From an uncultured Eubacteriales bacterium (GTDB taxonomy: Bacteria > Bacillota > Clostridia > Oscillospirales > Oscillospiraceae): 42,325 bases of DNA. Positions 17,039 through 24,772 of the stretch are shown piece after piece (the stretch's first letter is position 1; each line of letters starts with the position of its first letter). The notes under the pieces are model-generated. The model searched no databases and was not told the origin of the DNA. It saw only the letters and a list, made by a program, of their open reading frames with translations. The stretch spans positions 1 to 42,325 of the forward strand of contig CAJKNS010000001.1 of NCBI GenBank assembly GCA_905201305.1. Direction: 5' to 3'. The translations under genes were made by a program, and so were the position numbers.

Positions 17039-18232
17039 ATGGAGCAACCAAACATGTTCCCCGTTACAATCAATGAAGAGCTGTTCCGTATCCTGTTCCC
17101 CAGCGTAAAGGAAGCGGCAAACGCCTCTGACACCAACGCCATCATGGGGCTGCTCACAGATTCCTGCTATGCCCTGCTGCTCTATAAGCCGGTTCCCGGC
17201 AGCACTGCCGACCAAACCGCCCGTCAGGAGGACGCGTTCCGCGCCTTTCTTCAGGAGACACACCGGATCTGCTGCTTCCGTTTTCACGGACATAATATGG
17301 GACTGATCTCCTTTTCCACTTGGGATTGGGACAGGGTCCAGGCACAGACGGTTCAAATTGAGCGCTCCATCAGCCAATATCTACATACTGCGCTGGAGCA
17401 AACCGGCGTTGAGCTCAACATGTCCATCGGGCGTCCCTTTATGGGACTGTTAAACCTCCGCGAGGCATATTCCGAGCTCATCAACTCCACCATGACCTTT
17501 GCCCTGCGTCCGCAAAATCTTGTGGTGTCGGAGTATGACATCGTCAGCGATCCGGCGCTTATGGTGGACCCATATCCCCGCTCTGAAATTGAGCTTCAAT
17601 TGGCAGATGCAATCATTAAGCTGGAAATCGGGAAAGCGGAAAGCCTGATGGAGAACATCATTCAGCACGAAATGTCCACCCTGCACCTGAAGCTTTCGTT
17701 TCTTCCCCGCATGGCGATCCGGATTGAATGGATGCTGATTGTGCTGCATGTGCCGCGGAACTCCGGAGACGTCAGCAGCGCCGAAATCTACAGCTACCCC
17801 CAGCGCATCAAATATGCCGAAAGTCTCCAGGAGGGGATTGCGCTGATTCACGCCTGCTTTCAAAAGCTGGACGATTACTATAATGCCTTCCGCTTCAACG
17901 TTGGAAAAGACATCTCTCAAATCACGGATTATATTCATACCCAAGCCAGCAATCCCAATCTCAGCGCAACCATGATCTGTGACCGCTTCCGAATCAGCCC
18001 GTCCTACCTGTCCCATATGTTTAAGCGCCGCACGGGAATCAAGCTGGTTGATTATATCCACAAAGCACGTATCAGCCAGGCAAAGCAGCTGCTGGAAACT
18101 ACCACCGATACCATTGCGGAAATCAGCCGGCAGGTGGGCTATACCAGCAGCGCCAGCTTTTCCACCACCTTTAAGCGCTATGAAGCCATCACGCCAAGAG
18201 AATACCGGGATCGATTCCGGATGAATCATTGA
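17039..18232 (+). CDS. AraC family transcriptional regulator (about 290-aa N-terminal domain plus C-terminal double HTH)
   Basis: The track ORF 15881-18232 is over-extended across the antisense of the NTF2 genes. ATG at 17039 (MEQPNMFPVTINEE...) has GAGG 7 nt upstream. The C-terminus ICDRFRISPSYLSHMFKRRTGIKLVDYIHKARISQAKQLLETTTDTIAEISRQVGYTSSASFSTTFKRYEAITPREYR is canonical AraC HTH. Confidence 0.85.
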   Translation: MEQPNMFPVTINEELFRILFPSVKEAANASDTNAIMGLLTDSCYALLLYKPVPGSTADQTARQEDAFRAFLQETHRICCFRFHGHNMGLISFSTWDWDRVQAQTVQIERSISQYLHTALEQTGVELNMSIGRPFMGLLNLREAYSELINSTMTFALRPQNLVVSEYDIVSDPALMVDPYPRSEIELQLADAIIKLEIGKAESLMENIIQHEMSTLHLKLSFLPRMAIRIEWMLIVLHVPRNSGDVSSAEIYSYPQRIKYAESLQEGIALIHACFQKLDDYYNAFRFNVGKDISQITDYIHTQASNPNLSATMICDRFRISPSYLSHMFKRRTGIKLVDYIHKARISQAKQLLETTTDTIAEISRQVGYTSSASFSTTFKRYEAITPREYRDRFRMNH

Positions 18233-18260
18233 TTTTATTCAGCTCCAGGAGTAAGCACAA

Positions 18261-19202
18261 ATGGATATTCAGCAGCTTCGATACTTTACCGTCCTTGCAA
18301 CCACCGGAAACTTCACCCGGGCATCGACAGAATTGCACCTTACCCAGCCGGCATTGAGCAAATCCATCTCCGCCATGGAAGCGGAGCTGGGGCTGGAACT
18401 GCTTGCACGGACAAAAAAAGGCGCCACGCTGACCGAGTGCGGGAAGGAATTCTGCCGGTTTGCCCAAAGCGTTCTAACGGAATATGACCACACCTGCCAG
18501 CGCATGATGGAAATTCGCGAAAATCGCAAAAACGCCGTAAACCTTACCGTCACGCTGCCGGAAATCTTTGTTCAGATTCTGGAGGGCTTTCATCATCGGC
18601 ATCCCGACATTCAGGTGCGGCTTCCCGCCAGCAGTACTATTTCCGCGCAGGAAATGCTTGCATTGGGCAGCCTGGATTTTGTGGTAAACACTGCGCCCAT
18701 GAAGGACGAACGCATAGAATGCCAGCCGCTGATGCAGGACGAATACCTGTTGATGGTGCCGGAGGACATGCCGTTTACCACCGGTCAGGCAATTGACCTC
18801 AGCATGTTCCGGGAAGAGCCATTTATCATGCCGCAAAGCGAATCCGAAAGCAGGCGGCAGATGGAGTTTTTCTGCAGTCTGGCAGGCTTCACCCCCAACA
18901 TTGCCTTTGAAGTAACCGAAAACGAAATGACCAGGAAGCTGGTGCAGTTTGGCTACGGCGTTGCATTTATCCCGGGAGTTTCTGCGGTAAATACCATTGA
19001 AATTCCCCCGGAAAGCGAAGGACTTGGAAAGGTCAGCGTCAAATTTCTGCGGATTCGCAACCCCATTTGCTATCGCACCATTGGAATCAACCGGATTAAA
19101 AACCAAAAGCTCTCCACCAGCGCAGACTTGCTGCTGAACTACTTTATTGACTTCTTTCAAACCGCACAGCAGCGGTCCGATCGCGTGTTTCCCCCTCTTT
19201 GA
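18261..19202 (+). CDS. LysR family transcriptional regulator
   Basis: N-terminal wHTH MDIQQLRYFTVLATTGNFTRASTELHLTQPALSKSISAMEAELGLELLARTKKGATLTECG. AGGAG lies 9 nt upstream. Confidence 0.9.
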   Translation: MDIQQLRYFTVLATTGNFTRASTELHLTQPALSKSISAMEAELGLELLARTKKGATLTECGKEFCRFAQSVLTEYDHTCQRMMEIRENRKNAVNLTVTLPEIFVQILEGFHHRHPDIQVRLPASSTISAQEMLALGSLDFVVNTAPMKDERIECQPLMQDEYLLMVPEDMPFTTGQAIDLSMFREEPFIMPQSESESRRQMEFFCSLAGFTPNIAFEVTENEMTRKLVQFGYGVAFIPGVSAVNTIEIPPESEGLGKVSVKFLRIRNPICYRTIGINRIKNQKLSTSADLLLNYFIDFFQTAQQRSDRVFPPL

Positions 19203-19244
19203 CGCGCCATTCCAAAAACGACTGATGACAGTAACTTTTTCGAC

Positions 19245-19274
19245 TTGGACGATTGGCGAACCTCCTTATATAAT
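19245..19274 (+). promoter_or_regulatory. SigA-type promoter TTGGAC-18 nt-TATAAT upstream of SBP-B
   Basis: TTGGAC at 19245-19250 and TATAAT at 19269-19274. The gene starts at 19322. Confidence 0.55.
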
Positions 19275-19314
19275 ATCTGTAGGAACAAGAATTCCACAGG
19301 ATTATATAAGGAGG
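19261..19314. promoter_or_regulatory. long inverted repeat pairing the -10 region with the SBP-B ribosome-binding site
   Basis: CCTCCTTATATAAT (19261-19274) is the perfect reverse complement of ATTATATAAGGAGG (19301-19314). Arms extend imperfectly through CTGTAGG / CCACAGG. Confidence 0.6.
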
Positions 19315-19321
19315 TTTTTTC

Positions 19322-21055
19322 ATGGAAAGAAGAACAAAGCTGTTTTCGCTTCTGCTGTGCCTTGCGCTGATTGCTGCAGTGTTCAGTGGCTGCGGTTCCC
19401 AAACAGCGGAAAGCACTGCCGCTGCGTCCAGCGCTCAGACGACAGAAGTAACGGCAAGTGCACCGGAACCGGCAGCGATGCCGGAGCCGGAGATTGCATC
19501 GGTATCCAGCGCCGAGGAAGCCACAATGGAGGAAGCCGAGCCCCCAGCCCCTGCCTATACCATTTCCTATCCGCTGGAGGGAGATGATCTGGAGCTGACT
19601 TATTGGATGCCCTTTAAATCTCCCCACGAATCCATCCAGACCTTTGACGAGTTCCCGGTGCTTGCAACCGCAGAGAAATTAACGGGTGTCAAGGTCAGCT
19701 TCACCTCCGAAAATATGATGACCGCCAGCGAGAAGTTCAACCTGATGGTTGCCTCCGGCGATTACTGCGACCTTCTGGGCGGCGCACTGAGCTATTACAC
19801 CGGCAACTATAACGAAGCCATTGCCGATGGCATTGCCATTGACCTCAGCGGCATGATTGAGGAATTTGCGCCGGACTATTACGCCATGCTGACCGCCGAT
19901 GAAAACAACTACAAGGCTGCCGTGGATGACGACGGCGTTATGATTGCGATTTATACCATTAAGGATCAGTATTTCCCGGTTATGGGCGGCACCGTCATTC
20001 GTCAGGACTGGATGGACGCCCTGGGCTACAAATCCATTGATTCCATTGACCAGATGGACGATTTCCTCCGGGACTGCAAGAGTACCTATGGTGCCGGTTA
20101 TCCCCTTATGCTCACCTATAGCAATTATGAAAACATCCTCAGCGCTGCATACGGCATTGGCGGCGGAGATTGCACCAACGGTCTTTATCAGGTGGACGGC
20201 GACGTTCGCTACACCTATGTACAGCCCGAGTATAAGGAGTATCTGAAGCTGGCAGCCGCATGGTATCAGGACGGCATCATCGGCTCCGACTTTATGAACG
20301 TCGGCACCACCGGTCTTCCCATGGAAACCTATACCTATGTATACAGCGGCGATACCGCAATCATCGGCGCAACCGCAGCCGAAATTGCATCCATCGAAGC
20401 CGAAACCGGAAACGGCTGCAAGCTGATTGGCTTCAACTATCCTGCCTCTGACGGCAGCGGCGTGACCCATTTTACCGATATGTCCATGATTAAGAGCAGC
20501 GAGCATGCCCTGATTACGGAGCAGTGCGCACATCCGGAAATTGCCCTGGAATGGCTAAACTACTGGTTCACCGAGTACGGCGCAATCGTTGCAAACTACG
20601 GCACCGAAGGGGAATCCTTCACATTTGACGAAAACGGCAATCCCCAGTGGACGGATTTGATTACGGCAAACGAATATGATCTGCCTGCAAACCGCGCCTC
20701 TGCAATTTACACGCTGTATGCGCATACAACGCCCATCCATACCATGGAGACTCGTCTGTCCTCCACCTTTACCCAGGAGCAGAAGGACGTTTACGATGTA
20801 TGGATGACCGGAATTGACGGCAACAATCTGCTGCCCGCGGTATCCCTGACCAAGGAAGAGTCCGAAACCGCACGCAGCCCGCTTGCTGATATCCAGACCT
20901 ATGTGGATGAGAATGTTGCAAAGTTCATCAACGGCACCAGAAGTTTGGACGAGTTTGACGACTTTGTTGCAGATATTGAAGGAATGGGGCTTGCAGACAT
21001 TATCGAGGTCTATCAGGCTGCATTGGAGCGCTATAACCAGCGCGCCGTTGGCTAA
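19322..21055 (+). CDS. extracellular solute-binding lipoprotein, large family-1 type: SBP-B
   Basis: SD TAAGGAGG. Lipobox MERRTKLFSLLLCLALIAAVFSGC plus an acidic linker. Paralog motifs ASGDYCDL, YQVDGDVRYTY and VYQAALERYNQR. Confidence 0.85.
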   Translation: MERRTKLFSLLLCLALIAAVFSGCGSQTAESTAAASSAQTTEVTASAPEPAAMPEPEIASVSSAEEATMEEAEPPAPAYTISYPLEGDDLELTYWMPFKSPHESIQTFDEFPVLATAEKLTGVKVSFTSENMMTASEKFNLMVASGDYCDLLGGALSYYTGNYNEAIADGIAIDLSGMIEEFAPDYYAMLTADENNYKAAVDDDGVMIAIYTIKDQYFPVMGGTVIRQDWMDALGYKSIDSIDQMDDFLRDCKSTYGAGYPLMLTYSNYENILSAAYGIGGGDCTNGLYQVDGDVRYTYVQPEYKEYLKLAAAWYQDGIIGSDFMNVGTTGLPMETYTYVYSGDTAIIGATAAEIASIEAETGNGCKLIGFNYPASDGSGVTHFTDMSMIKSSEHALITEQCAHPEIALEWLNYWFTEYGAIVANYGTEGESFTFDENGNPQWTDLITANEYDLPANRASAIYTLYAHTTPIHTMETRLSSTFTQEQKDVYDVWMTGIDGNNLLPAVSLTKEESETARSPLADIQTYVDENVAKFINGTRSLDEFDDFVADIEGMGLADIIEVYQAALERYNQRAVG

Positions 21056-21090
21056 CAAACCATACACCGCACAATAAGGAGGAACTAGAT

Positions 21091-21828
21091 ATGACACTGG
21101 AAGAACAGCTGAAAGAATTACGATTGGCGCAGGCGAGAACCCAGGCATATATTGACTGCTGCAATGTAATCGGAAAATATGTATGCTATCACGCTGCCGA
21201 CGAGCAGGAAAAGATCGCTTCCCTGTTTGCCACAAAGACCGAGGGCTGCCGCATTGAGATGATGTCCGGCGTGTTTGAGGGTGACGATGGCATTGAAGCA
21301 TTTTTCCACTCCCATCCCAACGCAGACGACGACGCCAACCGGAAGGGCTTCCTGCACATCCATATGCTCACCACCCCCATTGTGGAGGTTGCAGCCGACG
21401 GCGAGTCTGTCATGGGCTCCTGGTATTCCCCCGGCGTGGAGAGCAACACCTTTGGCGGAACCCTCAACGGCTTCTGGGCTTGGATGAAGTATGGCGCGAT
21501 TTTCAAGAAAGAGGACGGTCAGTGGAAAATCTGGCATCTGCATACCTACAGCATTTTCATGTGCCCCTATGACAAGTGCTGGACCGAGGTAGAGCCCTAT
21601 GGCCTTAAGAAGGAAATTCCGCCGGAGATGCTGGAAATGATGAAGAAGGAAATGGACGAAAAGGGAATGAAGGGTCCCGGAGGTCCCGGCGGCTTTGGCG
21701 GCGGTCCGATGTACACGCCTAAGCCTGCTACCACCTGGTGGGGCTTCTCCAAGGACTCCATGTACCCCGGCGACCAGCCCACACCTCCTACGCCCTACGA
21801 CACGCTGCCTGATACAGTAGAGATCTAA
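21091..21828 (+). CDS. NTF2/SnoaL-like domain protein (B1)
   Basis: AAGGAGG lies 8 nt upstream. Core VEVAADGESVMGSWYSP and IFKKEDGQWKIWHLHTY. Gly/Pro tail KGPGGPGGFGGGPMYTPKP...PTPPTPYDTLPDT. Confidence 0.7.
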   Translation: MTLEEQLKELRLAQARTQAYIDCCNVIGKYVCYHAADEQEKIASLFATKTEGCRIEMMSGVFEGDDGIEAFFHSHPNADDDANRKGFLHIHMLTTPIVEVAADGESVMGSWYSPGVESNTFGGTLNGFWAWMKYGAIFKKEDGQWKIWHLHTYSIFMCPYDKCWTEVEPYGLKKEIPPEMLEMMKKEMDEKGMKGPGGPGGFGGGPMYTPKPATTWWGFSKDSMYPGDQPTPPTPYDTLPDTVEI

Positions 21829-21834
21829 ACGACA

Positions 21835-21871
21835 ACTCCCCTGATTCACATGGAACGAATCAGGGGAGTTC
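21835..21871 (+). terminator. stem-loop after B1
   Basis: AACTCCCCTGATTC (21835-21848) and GAATCAGGGGAGTT (21858-21871) are perfect 14-bp arms, followed by CCTTTCTGT. Confidence 0.65.
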
Positions 21872-21922
21872 CTTTCTGTATCGGTATTCTCTCCAGGTTA
21901 TAATGGGCGGCAAAAGAGTTAT

Positions 21923-21951
21923 TTTACATTGCCCCAAAACCCGTTTATAGT
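21923..21951 (+). promoter_or_regulatory. candidate promoter TTTACA-17 nt-TATAGT for the SDR gene pair
   Basis: TTTACA at 21923-21928 and TATAGT at 21946-21951, about 30 nt upstream of the SDR start. Confidence 0.5.
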
Positions 21952-21980
21952 AGAGATAGCAAAATGCAGGAGGGAATGAT

Positions 21981-22742
21981 ATGGAAATGCTGAAAGACAA
22001 GGTTGCGCTGATTACCGGCGGAAGCTCCGGCATCGGTGCGGAAACCGCCCGGGTATTTGCAAAGCATGGCGCCAAGGTTGCGATCTTTGCCCGGGGACAG
22101 GAGAAAATGGACCGGGTTGCCGCTGAATTAAAGGCACTGGGCGCAGCTTGTCTGACCATTGCCGGAGATGTTACAAAGTCAGAGGATTGCAGCGCTGCGG
22201 TGGAGCAGGTGGTAGCGGTCTTTGGGCGCATTGATGTGTTGGTCAATAACGCAGGGGCAGGCGATTTTCACACCACCACCGAAAAGTGCAGCGATGCATT
22301 CTGGGATCAAATGATCGCCCTGAATCAGTCCTCGGTGCTGTATTGCTGTCGGGCTGCACTGCCCCATATGCGCGCCCAGGGCAGCGGTTCCATTGTCAAT
22401 CTCTCTGCCATTGCAGGGGTTTACGGCAATGCCGGCGTCAGCTATTCCGCGGCAAAGGCAGCGGTCATTGCCATGACAAAAAATATTGCGCTCCAGTATA
22501 CGGGCACCGATATTCGCTGCAACGCCGTCTGCCCCGGTCCCACCGCCGTAGATCGTATGGATGGGAGAGAGGACGCCTTTATGGATTTGGATTTCTTTGC
22601 CATTACAGACCGGCATATGGATTCCTCCATTCCCTTTGCAGCTGCGGAGGATCAAGCCAATGTCATTGCGTTCCTCGCCAGCGATCTGTCCCGCTGCATC
22701 ACCGGTCAAGCCATTGTCACGGATAACGGGCGCTGCCTGTAA
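21981..22742 (+). CDS. SDR family (short-chain dehydrogenase/reductase) oxidoreductase
   Basis: AGGAGGG SD. Cofactor motif TGGSSGIGAE, NNAG, and catalytic S...YSAAK. Confidence 0.9.
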   Translation: MEMLKDKVALITGGSSGIGAETARVFAKHGAKVAIFARGQEKMDRVAAELKALGAACLTIAGDVTKSEDCSAAVEQVVAVFGRIDVLVNNAGAGDFHTTTEKCSDAFWDQMIALNQSSVLYCCRAALPHMRAQGSGSIVNLSAIAGVYGNAGVSYSAAKAAVIAMTKNIALQYTGTDIRCNAVCPGPTAVDRMDGREDAFMDLDFFAITDRHMDSSIPFAAAEDQANVIAFLASDLSRCITGQAIVTDNGRCL

Positions 22743-22759
22743 GAGAAGGAGGCAATATC

Positions 22760-23542
22760 ATGTATCCTGTTCAGATTCCCACCTTTGATTGTGCCGGAAA
22801 AACTGCGGTCATCACCGGCGCCGGAAGCGGCATCGGTCAGGTTGCCGCCATGCTGTTCGCTGCCTACGGCGCCAATGTGGTGGCTGCGGACATTTCTGAA
22901 GCTGCTGCCGAGAAAACTGCCCAGGTCATAAGAAGAAACGGCGGGCGGGTCCACGTAATTCCGGTGGACATTGCCCAAAGCCCGCAGGTGGACCGGCTGA
23001 TTGCCGAGACAGTGGACCGTTTTGGCGGCGTGGATATTTTCGTTGCCAATGCGGGCATCGGCGGTGCGGTCCTCCCGCTGCTGGAGCAGACGGAGGAGGA
23101 ATTTATGAATGTTGTCTCCGTCAATCTCAAGGGTACGTTTCTCTGTGCCAAAGCAGCGGCAAAGCAAATGATTCACCAGGGGCGCGGCGGACGCATTGTC
23201 ATCACCGCATCCATCGGCGCATTTGAAGGCGGCGGGCATCACGGTCCCTATGGCGCTTCCAAGGGCGCATTGGTCACGCTGGTTCGTACCATGGGCAGAG
23301 AATGGGCAGAATACGGCATCACCGTCAACGCCGTTTGCCCGGGTCTTACCGCAACCGCCATCAATCAGGGACTGCTGGAGGACAAGGCTCTTGCGGAAGC
23401 CCTGCTGGACAAAATCCCCATGCACCGGATGGCGCAGCCGGAGGAAATTGCCTCTGCCATGCTGTATCTGGCAACCGATGCCGCCGCATTTATCACCGGA
23501 ACCACATTGATCGTAGACGGCGGCGCGACCACCGGAGGATGA
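22760..23542 (+). CDS. SDR family oxidoreductase (second copy)
   Basis: GAAGGAGG SD. TGAGSGIG, ANAG, catalytic YGASK, and C-terminal LIVDGG typical of classical SDRs. Confidence 0.9.
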   Translation: MYPVQIPTFDCAGKTAVITGAGSGIGQVAAMLFAAYGANVVAADISEAAAEKTAQVIRRNGGRVHVIPVDIAQSPQVDRLIAETVDRFGGVDIFVANAGIGGAVLPLLEQTEEEFMNVVSVNLKGTFLCAKAAAKQMIHQGRGGRIVITASIGAFEGGGHHGPYGASKGALVTLVRTMGREWAEYGITVNAVCPGLTATAINQGLLEDKALAEALLDKIPMHRMAQPEEIASAMLYLATDAAAFITGTTLIVDGGATTGG

Positions 23543-23556
23543 CTAATAGAAACGCG

Positions 23557-23598
23557 AAAAAGGGACTGCTGCATTTTCCGTTGCAGCAATCCCTTTTT
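23557..23598. terminator. bidirectional intrinsic terminator between SDR-2 and the convergent LysR gene
   Basis: AAAAA-GGGACTGCTGCA-loop-TGCAGCAATCCC-TTTTT. There is one mismatch in a 12-bp stem, flanked by an A-tract and a T-tract. Confidence 0.75.
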
Positions 23599-23660
23599 GT
23601 CCTTTCTTCACGAATAAACGAAAGCGCAAGGTGCAGAAGCGCTGCTGCATCTTTCAAACA

Positions 23661-24650
23661 CTATCCTTTCCCCGTATCCGGCGTATAGTGATGGGCGTCC
23701 AGATACTTCACAAAGATATTTGCGGTATGGAGGTCCGAGCTGTCTGCAAGCTCCGGCTGAAAAAAGAACAGCAGCTGAATCAAAAAATCATATTCCGTAT
23801 CCGACAGGGACTGATCCCGGCGCATGGCAATGCCCACGTTTCGACAGCAATTGGGGGTGGCAATATGAAATACCTGATAGGGCGGACGCTGCGGATTCAT
23901 GCGTGGGCGCGACATACGGTTATGTACAGTCTCTGACAGGAACGCTACACCGCAGTGATCTGCCACCAGCATAGAAATCGTATCAATTGCCGGCGTTTCC
24001 ATCACAATATTCGGATTAAAACCGGCTGACGAGCAAAAGGCGGTGGTGCATTGGTGCAGATTTGTGCCGCTGGGGGTGGTCAGGAAAGGCACATCCTCCA
24101 GAGCGCGAAGATCGAGATAGCCGTTATGGGATTCCAGCTTCATGGAGTTGGGCGCCAGCAGCAGCATTTCTTCCTCGCACAGAGAGAACCAAACCAGACT
24201 CGGGTGGTCGAACGCCACCGGTGTCAGGCAGAAGTTGATGTCGCCATAGACAAGGGCTTCCTTAGCGGAAATGGATGCGTTGGCAAATTCACGAATGACA
24301 ACATTGGGGTTCCTTCTGTGGTACATAGTCGCAATGGGGGTAAAAAATTCCGGCATAATGGTGGAAATGGTCAGAACGGAGCTTGTTTGCCCGGAAATAC
24401 TGCGGAGTTCCTTCTCTGCGGAATTCAAATCCTTCAGGATTCGAATGACCCGATGATAAAAAACCTGACCATACAGGGTTAGAGTCATTTTTCGATTTCG
24501 GCGTTCAAACAATTGAACGCCGAGTTCTTTTTCCAGTGAAGAAATGGACTTGCTCAGTGCCGGCTGTGATACATATAAAAGCTGCGATGCTTTGGAAAGG
24601 TTTTTCAGATCACCAACGGTCTTAAAGTATTCCAGCTGTCTCAATTCCAT
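23661..24650 (-). CDS. LysR family transcriptional regulator
   Basis: MELRQLEYFKTVGDLKNLSKASQLLYVSQPALSKSISSLEKELGVQLFERRNRKMTLTLYG. It is divergent from the flavoprotein gene. Confidence 0.9.
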   Translation of the reverse strand: MELRQLEYFKTVGDLKNLSKASQLLYVSQPALSKSISSLEKELGVQLFERRNRKMTLTLYGQVFYHRVIRILKDLNSAEKELRSISGQTSSVLTISTIMPEFFTPIATMYHRRNPNVVIREFANASISAKEALVYGDINFCLTPVAFDHPSLVWFSLCEEEMLLLAPNSMKLESHNGYLDLRALEDVPFLTTPSGTNLHQCTTAFCSSAGFNPNIVMETPAIDTISMLVADHCGVAFLSETVHNRMSRPRMNPQRPPYQVFHIATPNCCRNVGIAMRRDQSLSDTEYDFLIQLLFFFQPELADSSDLHTANIFVKYLDAHHYTPDTGKG

Positions 24651-24726
24651 TGTTTTGACCTCAAATCATTGAATAACAGTTATAGTATACCACTACTTAT
24701 GTGTATTTTACAACAATTATTGCATG

Positions 24727-24735
24727 TGATAGAAT
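24727..24735 (+). promoter_or_regulatory. extended -10 element TGaTAGAAT upstream of the flavoprotein gene
   Basis: TG at 24727-24728 and TAGAAT at 24730-24735. This position argues against the track start at 24701. Confidence 0.4.
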
Positions 24736-24772
24736 AAAATCACGATCAATCAAGAAGCAATTTTCGGAAAGG

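Noticed and set aside
15989-17377. 462-aa minus-strand ORF for A3 extending across the intergenic region into the AraC gene.
   Set aside because: The upstream 158 codons have no NTF2 homology and overlap the AraC coding region and promoter. ATG 16900 has a proper SD and gives a length matching A1 and A2.
15881-18232. 783-aa plus-strand ORF suggesting a giant regulator.
   Set aside because: Its first ~385 codons are antisense read-through of the NTF2-like genes and the intergenic region. The real AraC gene starts at ATG 17039, with an SD and an upstream extended -10.
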